Shown: positions 20,892 through 30,615, counted from the whole stretch's first letter. The stretch is 62,463 nt of DNA, filler included, from 7 parts of 7 records of this genome joined end to end with filler, not necessarily neighbours in it, one strand, 5' to 3'. Program-made: numbers and translations. Notes: generated by a model not told the origin, from the letters alone.

Positions 20892-21932
20892 TTACCGTTT
20901 CACATCAGTATGCAAACCTTCCCACCAGCAGTTGACCGCCGTGGCTTTGCGCATATAGCCGCCCACCGCATTTACCGCGCTGATAACCCACAAGTAACCC
21001 ATAAGCACCGCCAGGTACAGCAGCAGCAAATCCGTGTCGAAGTCCAGGAACACGGGCAGGACGATCATCAGAGGGACAAGAATCCCATAGCTGGCAACCC
21101 AGGCGGTCGCCAGCAGCTTGATCGCCTCCATCTTGGCTTCGATCAGCTTCCGCAACTCGCGGGCAAAACCGGCAAAGCTCAGTTCCAGCTTGCCACAAAT
21201 CTCGTTGGCGTCGATGTCAGCAATCATCCCCTCGGGGACGAACGACACGGCGGCCAGCGCATCGGCGAAGCTGTCGCCCCGTTCGACGGCCGTTTTGGCC
21301 CCGAGCAGGCCACGCTGCAAGTACCGGTTCTCGACCGCGTTGATGGAAGCGCGAAACATCTCGGGCACGGGGAGCGTGCTGTCGTAGCAGACCTCCAGAC
21401 AGGAGAAGAACTCCAGCAGCGCCACCTGCTGGGTCCAGGTGCCCACAAAGGGCATCTTCGCCAGCAGTGCGTCCCGTCCATACGCCAGCGTCCCGATCCA
21501 GCGGGGCAATACGTAGAGACCGGCCAGTACCGAGAGGAGCACGAAGGATGGTCGCCCACCGAAGGCGACGGTGACGCCGATGCAGACTAAGTAGGCGACC
21601 AGGGCATACCGGCCACAACGACGCAGAGTGTGCCGGACGGGCAGAACCTGGCGGATGTAATGCGCCGCAGAGGTCAGTGCCTGGGGGACCCGCCCGGTCA
21701 GGATGCCACACTGCAAAATGGTCAGATAGAATGGGGGCAGCGCGCGGGAAAACGCCTGCGTCGGTAGATCCTCCCCCAACAGCAGCGCCCGGCTCACCCG
21801 ATCGGCAAAGCGCCGATTCTCTGTCGCCGCCATGCACTGCCCCGCCACTTCCAGGGCGCGCTTCAGCTCGATGCCGCTACCCAGCATCTCGCCCAGCCCT
21901 TCACTGTACTGAGCCAATTGCGGCAAATTCAT
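20892..21932 (-). CDS. type II secretion/type IV pilus platform protein (GspF/PilC family)
   Basis: Two T2SSF repeats (LGEMLGSGIELKRAL...; VERGDSFADAL...NEICGKLE), RDALLAKMPFVG, TM segments. Confidence 0.8.
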   Translation of the reverse strand: MNLPQLAQYSEGLGEMLGSGIELKRALEVAGQCMAATENRRFADRVSRALLLGEDLPTQAFSRALPPFYLTILQCGILTGRVPQALTSAAHYIRQVLPVRHTLRRCGRYALVAYLVCIGVTVAFGGRPSFVLLSVLAGLYVLPRWIGTLAYGRDALLAKMPFVGTWTQQVALLEFFSCLEVCYDSTLPVPEMFRASINAVENRYLQRGLLGAKTAVERGDSFADALAAVSFVPEGMIADIDANEICGKLELSFAGFARELRKLIEAKMEAIKLLATAWVASYGILVPLMIVLPVFLDFDTDLLLLYLAVLMGYLWVISAVNAVGGYMRKATAVNCWWEGLHTDVKR

Positions 21933-21991
21933 AATCCTCACTTCAGAGAAGAACATGGCGTGCATGGCACGCCGTGAAGCGTTAGACCCGC

Positions 21992-23197
21992 TCAGTCTCC
22001 ATTGGACACAGCGGTTGGCAGTCCAGGAACCCAGTGAACAATGAAACTGACATTAAGATCCTTCGGCCGCAGGCCGTGCTCATCGCTCACCAGGTTGGCC
22101 ACGTTGGAGCCAGCCACAAGGCTCATTATGGAGCCATCCGTGAAATGGACTATGATGACTTCACTTTGATGTACCCCGTCGAGCTCTTCGCGAGTACCAA
22201 CCTCAACCCTTTCAACAGTCTTGTCCTGCATGCGCAGAGCCTGAACGATCGAATAGTGGGATTCAGGGGGATGCGCAATGCACGGCAGCCATTGCTTGGC
22301 TGTATGCCGATCATATGCCTTCTGTCCATCCATTCCAGACTTCGCCTCAAGTTCCCCAAGGACCTCCTTGACGCCACGCAGGCATAGCTGCAGATCTTGC
22401 GTGAACGCCGAGAATGCCCCAAACTCCTTGGCTTGATCCCGTACACCATGCGACGCCAGTCGCCGTTGCTGACTGACTAAGTCCATAGCACGCTTGAAGT
22501 CGGTGGAGATGCCAAGACTTGGGAACAAACGTTTGAGAGATTGCACCGTCCTGTCACTATCTGCTTTGATGTCACTTCCTAACCTCGCTCCGAGCTGCGA
22601 GATGCACTGCTTATCGAGCCCGTCGATCAGATAGCCATAAAGATTCTTGTGAGAATCCTGGTATGCATGCGTATTCTCTGCGGCAGGATACGGTAACGTA
22701 TCATCCAGTTCGTGCTTGTACAACGAAAGGCCCACCAACTCATTGGTCAGGCCATTAATTATCTTGATCGTCTCTGCCAAGTAGTAGGATGGTCCACTAT
22801 CAACATCCCAACTCCCTTCCAGATTGCGCCTGATCCAATTGTCGAACCGTTCATCGTATTCCGCAGTCCATTCGGGGCTCCTGAGTTCGAACGCGCTCCA
22901 TCTTGCAGCATGCGCTTTAGACTTCTCGCACAGGTCTGGCAGCCAAGCGACTATCGCCAGACTGCCATCGTTGAGAGTTCGATAGCCAAAATGCACGTAC
23001 ACTGTCTGATCCGTTTCGCCTGTCTTCTCTAAACTCCGATAGTACTCATCTGTAACCGTGAGTTTCCCCTCGAAGAAATCCGACCTTATCACGTACTTGT
23101 CCGGTTCATTTCGATAAGACGCGAGCACTTGTGAATCGAAGTATCCCAAGAAATGTTCGACAGATGAGATGTCGACTTCGTCCTGGCCACCATTCAT
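21992..23197 (-). CDS. hypothetical protein with a putative HEPN Rx4H motif
   Basis: 401-aa ORF with an RBS-like GGGAG upstream; RRLASH at the end of a helical segment; more AT-rich codon usage than its neighbours. Confidence 0.6.
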   Translation of the reverse strand: MNGGQDEVDISSVEHFLGYFDSQVLASYRNEPDKYVIRSDFFEGKLTVTDEYYRSLEKTGETDQTVYVHFGYRTLNDGSLAIVAWLPDLCEKSKAHAARWSAFELRSPEWTAEYDERFDNWIRRNLEGSWDVDSGPSYYLAETIKIINGLTNELVGLSLYKHELDDTLPYPAAENTHAYQDSHKNLYGYLIDGLDKQCISQLGARLGSDIKADSDRTVQSLKRLFPSLGISTDFKRAMDLVSQQRRLASHGVRDQAKEFGAFSAFTQDLQLCLRGVKEVLGELEAKSGMDGQKAYDRHTAKQWLPCIAHPPESHYSIVQALRMQDKTVERVEVGTREELDGVHQSEVIIVHFTDGSIMSLVAGSNVANLVSDEHGLRPKDLNVSFIVHWVPGLPTAVSNGD

Positions 23198-23423
23198 GAT
23201 TTGCTGCTCCCGATCACGCTAAGGTCATGACGAATCACAGATTTCCATGGCCCTTCCCTGGTGGTGTCTGTGCTCCGCAGAAGAAAGTGCACCCAAATAT
23301 TGACCATCAGACTATATAGCTGAAATCCGGGCGGAAATCAAAGGACATGATTGAGGATTCGGAGGACATGGCGGAAATACCCAAGCTGCGCCCTTGAGCA
23401 GTGGAGACTCGCCGAATTCAAGT

Positions 23424-23594
23424 CTATGAGGCCTGCGTGTGTGGCGGCTCCTTCGGCTGACATCTCGTCAGGCGGTCGGTATAGACTTCTTGTTGCTCGC
23501 GCAGGTGCTCGTAGAACGAGGCCGCATCCGGATACTGCTGTGCAATCTCCTTGCGCACCAGACGCACCTCTTCGACAATCGGACCGCTGGACAT
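23424..23594 (-). CDS. 56-aa small protein, antitoxin-like (PIVEEVR family)
   Basis: Not in the ORF track. Hand translation: MSSGPIVEEVRLVRKEIAQQYPDAASFYEHLREQQEVYTDRLTRCQPKEPPHTQAS*, with a GAGGT RBS. Confidence 0.65.
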   Translation of the reverse strand: MSSGPIVEEVRLVRKEIAQQYPDAASFYEHLREQQEVYTDRLTRCQPKEPPHTQAS

Positions 23595-23697
23595 ACCAAA
23601 CCTCTATCAAACCTCACGCTTAAAGGGTACCAGAACTGCTACGTCCGGGCAACGCAGAACAGGCCGACGCGGGAGTGGTAGGCGGCCTCCGCATCGT

Positions 23698-23940
23698 CTA
23701 AGTTGTGGGATGCTCTCCGCTCAGTCTCGCTTCGATTTCCCGCCGGTACCGCCTCGCGGTCCGCTCCAGCGTCGCCATCAGGACCTTGGCCCGCAGGCTG
23801 CCGGTACCGAGCCGGGCGTTCATCAGGCGTTGAATGATCCGGGACAACTCCGAGAGCCGGTCCTGCGGTGCGGCAGCGTCGTGTCCCGCACCAACCCCGG
23901 AGAGAAAGCCCTGGATCGCCTTGAGTTCTTGTTTGTCCAT
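23698..23940 (-). CDS. small helical hypothetical protein (80 aa)
   Basis: MDKQELKAIQGFL...RREIEARL; amphipathic helices and GC-rich codon usage. Confidence 0.5.
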   Translation of the reverse strand: MDKQELKAIQGFLSGVGAGHDAAAPQDRLSELSRIIQRLMNARLGTGSLRAKVLMATLERTARRYRREIEARLSGEHPTT

Positions 23941-24120
23941 TACCACGATTATATCACATCCGGCGCCACTGGCTGCGCCCGAAGCAAAGGCAGAATAGGC
24001 CCGCCGGCGATCCAGTCGAGAATAGCCGTGACGGATGGCAGCGTCAAATCCACAGGATTTGGGGATGGTCTCACACATCGCAAACGACCGGTGGGCCGCC
24101 GCAGCCAAGAGATTTTTCTG

Positions 24121-24149
24121 TTGACAAACACAGTGATTATATTTACTCT
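24121..24149 (+). promoter_or_regulatory. sigma70-type promoter
   Basis: TTGACA-N17-TACTCT inside a short AT-rich patch. Confidence 0.5.
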
Positions 24150-24354
24150 ATATAGAACATCGCCGGGAGCGGCGTTGCGGCTGGCGGACCGAGGTCGAGT
24201 GCTGGTGGCAGAGGTGCTGGGGAAGAAGGAGCGAGATGAAGACTCTTCCTATAAAACCCATAGGACTGGAGAGATTTCCCGGTCAATACGGACGGTCTGA
24301 TCGGCCGGATCGAGGGGCGATGGGCACGATCAGCGTGTACACATTGGCGCCAAA

Positions 24355-24426
24355 CAAAGCCAATTTGCGGCGTTTCTGGCCTGAAAACTGGGATCGAGCA
24401 GAAGAACAAAGCCAATCAAAGCCAAT
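24355..24426 (+). repeat. three copies of CAAAGCCAAT
   Basis: Copies at 24355, 24407 and 24417, close to the contig end. Confidence 0.7.
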
Positions 24427-24446
24427 CGCCGCAGGCGTCCTGAGCG

Positions 24447-24546
24447 NNNNNNNNNNNNNNNNNNNNNNNNNNNNNNNNNNNNNNNNNNNNTTAATTAATT
24501 AANNNNNNNNNNNNNNNNNNNNNNNNNNNNNNNNNNNNNNNNNNNN
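24447..24546. other. artificial contig spacer
   Basis: N-run + TTAATTAATTAA + N-run. Confidence 0.99.
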
Positions 24547-25140
24547 AAAAAAATGCTGGAGACCAAAAAGATCCGCGTGCTGGCCGATAACTGGTACCGG
24601 ATGCCGCGTGTCCTGGTCACCAAAGAGGCTGTGAAATCGGTGGATGATCTCAAAGGCCGGAAGCTTCGGATGCCGAATCTGGACACTTACATCCAGTCCT
24701 GGAAGGCCCTGGGGGCCAAACCGACGGTCATCCCGTGGGCCGAGGCCTATCTGGCACTTAAGACGGGTGTCGTTGAGGGCATGGATTCGCCGTTGAGTTC
24801 GATCTATCCCCAGAAGTTCTACGAGGCGGCCAAACACATCACGATTACCAACCATGCCATCGCCCCCTTCAACATTCTGATCAGCGAGCTTGTATTCCAG
24901 AAGCTGTCGAAGAAAAAGCAGGAGGCGTTGGTGGCTGCCGCCGAAGAAGCCGGCGAGTATTATACGCAGACTCTCCATGAGGCTTTTGCCGGCCATCGTC
25001 AGAAGATGGAGGCTACCGGTGCGACCCTGGACGAGATTGAGCTTCGGCCCTTCGCCATGAAGGCGCGTGAAGCCGCCCTCCGTTTCGAGGATAAGGGCCT
25101 CTGGTCAAAGGGGCTGTTCGACGCAATCCAGCAGCCGTGA
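24547..25140 (+). CDS. dctP: TRAP solute-binding protein DctP, 5' truncated
   Basis: DDLKGRKLRMP, ALGAKPT, EAYLALKTGVVEG. Confidence 0.9.
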   Translation, partial: KKMLETKKIRVLADNWYRMPRVLVTKEAVKSVDDLKGRKLRMPNLDTYIQSWKALGAKPTVIPWAEAYLALKTGVVEGMDSPLSSIYPQKFYEAAKHITITNHAIAPFNILISELVFQKLSKKKQEALVAAAEEAGEYYTQTLHEAFAGHRQKMEATGATLDEIELRPFAMKAREAALRFEDKGLWSKGLFDAIQQP

Positions 25141-25257
25141 TCCTCGCGTAATCCTTTGTCATCACCATTGCCGGCGCCGGCCTTCGCTTCGCACGACTAA
25201 AGTCCGGCGCCGGAAACTTCCTGCACGGCGAACCCGATTTTCGCCACCTGAAAAGAG

Positions 25258-25770
25258 ATGACGATGAAGAACTTTCTATTCGCCTTGGATCGGGCGGTCC
25301 TGCGTGCCGAGACCTATGCCGCGGTCTTCTTTCTGGCGGTGATCGTCGTGGTCACCTGCATGGCGGTCTTCTGGCGCTACGTTCTCGGAAACCCGTTAAC
25401 CTGGAGTGCCGACGTTTCCGTCCTTGCACTGGTGTGGCTGACCTTCATTGGGGCGGCGGCGATCCTCAAGGAAGGCGGGCATGTCGCGGCGTCCGGTTTG
25501 GTCGAGAAGCTTCCCGGGGCCTTGCGGCATGCGGTGAATACGGTTCTGCTCGTTCTTCTCTTGGTCTGCCTGGTGTTGCTTTGCCGCTTCGCGGTCTCGG
25601 CCGTGGCGGTCCAGTCCGGCCAGATGATTTCGACACTTGGCATCTCCCGCGGTTTCTACACGCTGCCGGTGATATACGCTGCGGCCTCCATGGCCTTGTG
25701 GACGCTTTCGACCCTTCTCAACGTCGATGGGCGCAACCGCCCCTTCACGGCACCGGAAGGGGAACGGTAA
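25258..25770 (+). CDS. dctQ: TRAP small permease DctQ
   Basis: Four TM segments, RYVLGNPLTWS, WLTFIGAA, GGHVA. Confidence 0.9.
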   Translation: MTMKNFLFALDRAVLRAETYAAVFFLAVIVVVTCMAVFWRYVLGNPLTWSADVSVLALVWLTFIGAAAILKEGGHVAASGLVEKLPGALRHAVNTVLLVLLLVCLVLLCRFAVSAVAVQSGQMISTLGISRGFYTLPVIYAAASMALWTLSTLLNVDGRNRPFTAPEGER

Positions 25771-27059
25771 TGGCACTCACCATCCTGATCGTCACGTTCC
25801 TGTGCCTGTTGCTGTTTGGCCTACCCATCGCCTTCTGTTTCGTCCTTTCCTCCTTCGTTTACTTGGTTCTTGCCGATTTTCCACTCACCCTGGCGGCCAA
25901 AGTCATGTCCAGTGGTGTCAGTGGCTACACGTTGCTGGCCGTTCCCCTCTATATCCTGGCTGGGGAGCTTTTGAATCTCGGCGGAATTACCGAGCGTATC
26001 TTCGCCTTTGCGAATGCCTTGGTCGGGCACATCCGGGGTGGACTCGGTCATGTCAATGTTGTGGCGAGCCTCATCTTTTCCGGTATGTCCGGTTCTTCCT
26101 CGGCCGATGCCGCCGGTCTCGGCCGTATCGAGATCGAAGCGATGATCAAGAACGGCTACGGCCGCGAGTTCGCCGCGGCGATCACTGCGGTTTCCTCCTG
26201 TATCGGTCCCATCGTACCACCAAGCATCCATCTGGTGTTGTACGGCGCTATCGCCGAGGTCGGAATCGACTATCTGTTCCTCGCCGGGATCGTGCCGGGT
26301 GTGGTCATGGCCTTGTGCCTGATGGCGGCAATTTTCGTCGTCGTTTCGCTCGGACTGGAGATATGCCCGAAATCGGAATGGGGCGGCCTTCCGTCGCTGT
26401 GGGCGGCGACCAAGCGCGCCGTGCTTCCGATCAGCGCGCCGGTGATCATCGTCGGGGGAATTTTGAGCGGCATCTTCACCCCCACCGAAGCCGGTGCCGT
26501 CGCGGTGGCCTATGCGTTGTTCCTCGGTGTCGTTGTCGGCGATCTGAACACCCGTGTTTTATTCCAGGCGATGGTCCGTGCAGTGCGCTCGACCGCGGTG
26601 GTGATGTTTATTTTGGCGACGGCCAAGCTGTTCGCATGGGGCGTCACCATCGAGCAGGTGCCGGAACTACTGGCCGGAGGGCTGTTCTCGGTCTCCGAAA
26701 ACCCGAAGGTACTGCTGTTGATTATCCTGGCGGGACTGCTTGTGCTGGGGATGTTCGAAAGCGCCTCGGCCAATCTCGTGATCGTCACCCCGATCCTGGT
26801 GCCTCTGGCGCCAGCCCTGGGCCTCGATCTCGTCCATCTCGGCTTGATCATTGTTCTTTCGCTGATGATCGGGATCATCACGCCGCCGGTCGGCATGTCC
26901 CTTTACATCGTTTCGGATATCGCACGCATACCGTTCAATCGCGTGTCGGTAAAGGTGTTGCCGTATCTCCTGGCCCTTCTGGCGGCCCTTCTCGTGGTTG
27001 CCTACGCACCGGGAATCGTTCTGACCATCCCGGAATTCTACGGCTATGCCCCCAACTAG
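25770..27059 (+). CDS. dctM: TRAP large permease DctM
   Basis: TAATG coupling to dctQ; FSGMSGSSSAD, IVPPSI, FTPTEA, ITPPVG. Confidence 0.95.
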   Translation: MALTILIVTFLCLLLFGLPIAFCFVLSSFVYLVLADFPLTLAAKVMSSGVSGYTLLAVPLYILAGELLNLGGITERIFAFANALVGHIRGGLGHVNVVASLIFSGMSGSSSADAAGLGRIEIEAMIKNGYGREFAAAITAVSSCIGPIVPPSIHLVLYGAIAEVGIDYLFLAGIVPGVVMALCLMAAIFVVVSLGLEICPKSEWGGLPSLWAATKRAVLPISAPVIIVGGILSGIFTPTEAGAVAVAYALFLGVVVGDLNTRVLFQAMVRAVRSTAVVMFILATAKLFAWGVTIEQVPELLAGGLFSVSENPKVLLLIILAGLLVLGMFESASANLVIVTPILVPLAPALGLDLVHLGLIIVLSLMIGIITPPVGMSLYIVSDIARIPFNRVSVKVLPYLLALLAALLVVAYAPGIVLTIPEFYGYAPN

Positions 27060-27332
27060 AGCACTTTCCGGTCAGATGGAATCAATTCTGATGGCTTCCG
27101 GGCGAGGCGGTCCGCCAGGCGTTCGGCGCGGCGCGATGCCGAAACATCGGGCAAGCCGGGCAACGCCGCGGCTGCCCGAACCGGGGCCACCCCTTCAGGG
27201 CCGGGCGTTTCGGCCTTGGAAGTTCGTCGAGCTTCTTGACCGTAGTCCCCGCTACGCTCCACGAAGCCCTCCTGCTCCGGAAACCGAAACGCCTCGGTCA
27301 GAAAGATTCTACCCAACCGGAAAATGCTCTAG
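27056..27332. mobile_element. MITE-like non-autonomous element, 277 bp, bounded by CTAG
   Basis: Left end CTAGAGCACTTTCCGGTCAGATGGAATCAATTCTGA versus reverse complement of right end CTAGAGCATTTTCCGGTTGGGTAGAATCTTTCTGA. No transposase inside. Confidence 0.75.
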
Positions 27333-27347
27333 GGAAATGAGGGAACA

Positions 27348-28739
27348 ATGAAAGGACAGCATTACGACATCGTGGTCGTTGGTGCCGGTGCGTCGGGCAT
27401 TGCCGCGTCAACCGCCGCGGCGCGCCAGGGTGCCCGCGTGATCGTCATCGACGCAGGCGCGATGCCAGGCGGCGAACTGCTGACCGGCATGACCATCGAC
27501 GGGGCTATCAATGCACGGGGCGAACCCGTGGTTGGCGGTGTGTTGTTCGACCTGATCGATATCTGCAAGTCGATGGATGGCTATATCGGTGCGTTTAACG
27601 ATTGGCGGTTGATCCGCTACCACTGCTATGACCCCGAGATTATGAAAATCGCCGTGCCACGGTTACTGATCGGCGCCGGGGTCGAAATCCTGCTTCACAG
27701 TTTTGTGGAGGATGTTCTCCGGGTCGATGACCGGGTCGAGGGCGTCGTGGTACGCAACAAATCGGGAAAGACGTTGATCCGCGCCGACATGGTGCTGGAC
27801 TGTTCGGGGGATGCCGATGTGTGCGCCATGGCCGGCGGCCGGTTTCAGGACATGGATGACGATCCGACTCTGCAGCCCGTCTCGCTGATGTTCCGAATGG
27901 CCAACGTCGAAACCACACGGTTGCTTGCCTTCGCCTGCGAGAGCCCGGAGAACCTAGCGCTCGGTGAAAGTGAGGTCATCCGCGGCGACCGGACGGATGC
28001 GGAAATCGTCGAGGAACTGCGCCGGCAGGGGCAGCCTTGCGTTTTCCTGCGGGGCGACGGCCCGGCGCTGGCACATGCCATCGCCGATGGGGATTTGTAT
28101 CCCACCGCGTTGATCATGATCCAGCCGACATCGGCCGCGCGGCAAGAGGTTTGCGTCAACTCGACGCGTATCGGGGCGGTCGACGGGGCGCGTCCCGAGC
28201 AGGTCAGTGCGGCTTTGCCTGAACTGCTGGAGCAGGTCTGGACATGCGCGACCTTCCTGAAGAACAGGATCCCCGGGTTTGAAGACGCCGTTCTTTCCGG
28301 AGGCAGCCAACGGGTCGGCATTCGGGAAACCCGGCGCATCCTCGGTGAGGAGGTTCTGCAGACGGACGACGTGCTGTCAGCCCGGAAACGATCCTGCGGT
28401 ATTGCCAAGGGATGTCACCATGTGGATATCCACCAATCCGGCACCGGGCAAATCCGAATTCCCGTCGGGAACGGCGGTTCCTATGACATCCCGTTCGGCG
28501 CCCTGGTGCCGCAGGGCCTATCCAACGTTCTTGTGGCTGGCCGCTGCCTGTCGGCTACGCGCGATGCCCAGGGGTCGGCTCGGGTCATGGGCAGTTGTTT
28601 GGCCATGGGACAGGCCATTGGAACGGCCGCGACCTATTGGCTGGAGCGAAACGATCGATCTCCAATCGCCGCAATTCCCGTGGATGTCATTCGCGCGCGA
28701 CTTCTGCAACAGGGGGCCATTCTCGAAGGAACGGCTTGA
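27348..28739 (+). CDS. FAD-dependent oxidoreductase (FAD_oxidored family)
   Basis: VVGAGASG, DCSGDAD, GIRETRRI, YDIPFGALVP, VAGRCLS, RVMGSCLAMGQA. Confidence 0.9.
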   Translation: MKGQHYDIVVVGAGASGIAASTAAARQGARVIVIDAGAMPGGELLTGMTIDGAINARGEPVVGGVLFDLIDICKSMDGYIGAFNDWRLIRYHCYDPEIMKIAVPRLLIGAGVEILLHSFVEDVLRVDDRVEGVVVRNKSGKTLIRADMVLDCSGDADVCAMAGGRFQDMDDDPTLQPVSLMFRMANVETTRLLAFACESPENLALGESEVIRGDRTDAEIVEELRRQGQPCVFLRGDGPALAHAIADGDLYPTALIMIQPTSAARQEVCVNSTRIGAVDGARPEQVSAALPELLEQVWTCATFLKNRIPGFEDAVLSGGSQRVGIRETRRILGEEVLQTDDVLSARKRSCGIAKGCHHVDIHQSGTGQIRIPVGNGGSYDIPFGALVPQGLSNVLVAGRCLSATRDAQGSARVMGSCLAMGQAIGTAATYWLERNDRSPIAAIPVDVIRARLLQQGAILEGTA

Positions 28740-29027
28740 CCCGGAAAATAGGGTCTTTTCGCTCTTTCAGGGCGGCACAAACGGAAACCGGTCATTCCCG
28801 ATTTCCGGATCAATGAAATCCGGCTGGCCGGCGGGTTTTCTTTGATGGATCACTGCTAATTTCCAGTTGGCACACCCCTTTGCTTCCGGGAATCAGCCCT
28901 ATCCTTTGCCCCGTTTCCCCGACAGCCATTCCATCGTACACTGGAGTCTTCGGGAGGATCGGAGACGATACCGACCGGCATGCGAAATCGGTCGCTACGA
29001 ACCGAAAGCAGAAGACGGGAGGACCCC

Positions 29028-29900
29028 ATGAAAGACCTGAAGGGCATTTGCTGCGCACTTTGCACGCCGTTCACGGAAGACGGCGAAGCGATCGACGAAG
29101 CGGCGTTTCGCAATCACATCGATTCCATGATCGAAACCGGAATCCATATCATTCTGGTATGTGGGGGAACCGGTGAATTTGCCTATCTGCGCCCGGACGA
29201 ACGGCGGCGGCTGGCGGAAATCGCCGGAAAGCACATCGACGGTCGCGCCGATTTCATGGTCCAGACGTCCACCATCGGCACGTCGGACGGCATCGAATAC
29301 GCCAAACACGCCAAGGATTGCGGCGCTGATTGTCTGCTGATCCTGCCGCCCTATTTCGAAGGCCCGGATGCCGATGGCGTCTACGATCACTACGAAAACA
29401 TTGCGGCGGCGGTCGAAATCCAGATCATGCCCTACAACATCCCGGTTCATTCCGGATTCGACATCACGCCGAAATTCTTCAAGCGCCTGATGCAGATCGA
29501 CAATGTTCGCTACATCAAGGACAGCACCGCCGACATCGTCCGCATTCAGCATCTTCTGGCCATGGGTGCGAAGGTTTTCAACGGCGGCGATCCGAATGCC
29601 TTCTATGGACTGGTCGCCGGCTGTCCGGGCTGCGTCTGGGGTGCGCCCAACGCCATGCCGCGCGAGGCGGTTGAGCTTTACAACCTTGTCGAGGGCGGAA
29701 ACCTGGTGGCGGCGCGCGATCTTTGGTCCCGTATGTTCCCGTCCAACCTGTTTTTCTGGAACCACGTCTACAATGCGTCCGTCAAGGCGGCGACGATTCT
29801 TTCGGGACGTCCGGTCGGTCCCTGCCGCAAGCCGGTCCGGCCGTTGACCGCGGATGAAATGACCGAACTGAAGGAACGGCTGAAACCCTTGGGGTTCTAG
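29028..29900 (+). CDS. dihydrodipicolinate synthase (DapA/NAL) family lyase
   Basis: TPF, GGTGEF, PPYF, YNIP and the Schiff-base lysine in IKDS. GGAGG RBS. Confidence 0.9.
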   Translation: MKDLKGICCALCTPFTEDGEAIDEAAFRNHIDSMIETGIHIILVCGGTGEFAYLRPDERRRLAEIAGKHIDGRADFMVQTSTIGTSDGIEYAKHAKDCGADCLLILPPYFEGPDADGVYDHYENIAAAVEIQIMPYNIPVHSGFDITPKFFKRLMQIDNVRYIKDSTADIVRIQHLLAMGAKVFNGGDPNAFYGLVAGCPGCVWGAPNAMPREAVELYNLVEGGNLVAARDLWSRMFPSNLFFWNHVYNASVKAATILSGRPVGPCRKPVRPLTADEMTELKERLKPLGF

Positions 29901-30120
29901 AGCCGATCATGTGCATCGACGCCTTGCCCCAAAGGCCGAATCATTCTAAAAAAGATCGGAATGAACGGAAGAAACAAGATTGGGAACGGGATATCGTTCA
30001 AGAATACCGATCACGAGTTCAGCCCCTCAAGATATGCGGCCCGATTGTAGACCGCATGGCGACTCCTTGAATGGCTCCATTACCCCCCGCTCCCGTTAAT
30101 TCGTTTAAGGAGACCTGCCC

Positions 30121-30600
30121 ATGCTGAAAGCGCTTCACATCGATGCGGGCAAGTGTACCAACTGCATGCAATGCGAGTTGGCCTGCTCGTTCGAGAACGA
30201 GGGCGTATTCAATCCGGCCAAATCGCGGATCAAGGTTTTCACCTTCCACGATCAGGGCCGTTACGTTCCCTATACCTGCACCCAATGCGCCGAAGCCTGG
30301 TGCATGTCGGCCTGTCCGGTCGATGCCATTTCGGTCGACGCCGCAAGCGGTGCGAAGGTGGTTTCCGACGATCTGTGCGTCGGCTGCAAGGTGTGCACCA
30401 TCGCCTGTCCCTTCGGAACGGTGAATTACAACCGGGATACGGGCAAGGTCATCAAGTGCGACCTGTGCGGCGGCGACCCGGCCTGCGCCAAGGCCTGTCC
30501 GACCGATGCCATCACCTACGTCGATTCCGACTGGACCGGATACGACAAGATGCGCAACTGGGCATCGAAGACCGATGCCGGCGCACAAGCGCAGGCCTAA
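30121..30600 (+). CDS. aorA: 4x[4Fe-4S] electron-transfer subunit of aldehyde oxidoreductase
   Basis: CTNCMQC, CTQC, CVGCKVC and CDLC motifs; adjacent to the AOR catalytic gene. Confidence 0.85.
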   Translation: MLKALHIDAGKCTNCMQCELACSFENEGVFNPAKSRIKVFTFHDQGRYVPYTCTQCAEAWCMSACPVDAISVDAASGAKVVSDDLCVGCKVCTIACPFGTVNYNRDTGKVIKCDLCGGDPACAKACPTDAITYVDSDWTGYDKMRNWASKTDAGAQAQA

Positions 30601-30615
30601 GGGGGGAAACGAAGC

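Noticed and set aside
25170-25215. Two CCGGCGCCGG palindromes between dctP and dctQ
   Set aside because: Likely an ordinary mRNA-stabilising hairpin after a binding-protein gene; also expected by chance in GC-rich DNA.
28868-28884. TGGCACACCCCTTTGCT as a sigma54 promoter for the DapA-like gene
   Set aside because: Spacing is GG-N11-GC, whereas sigma54 needs N10.
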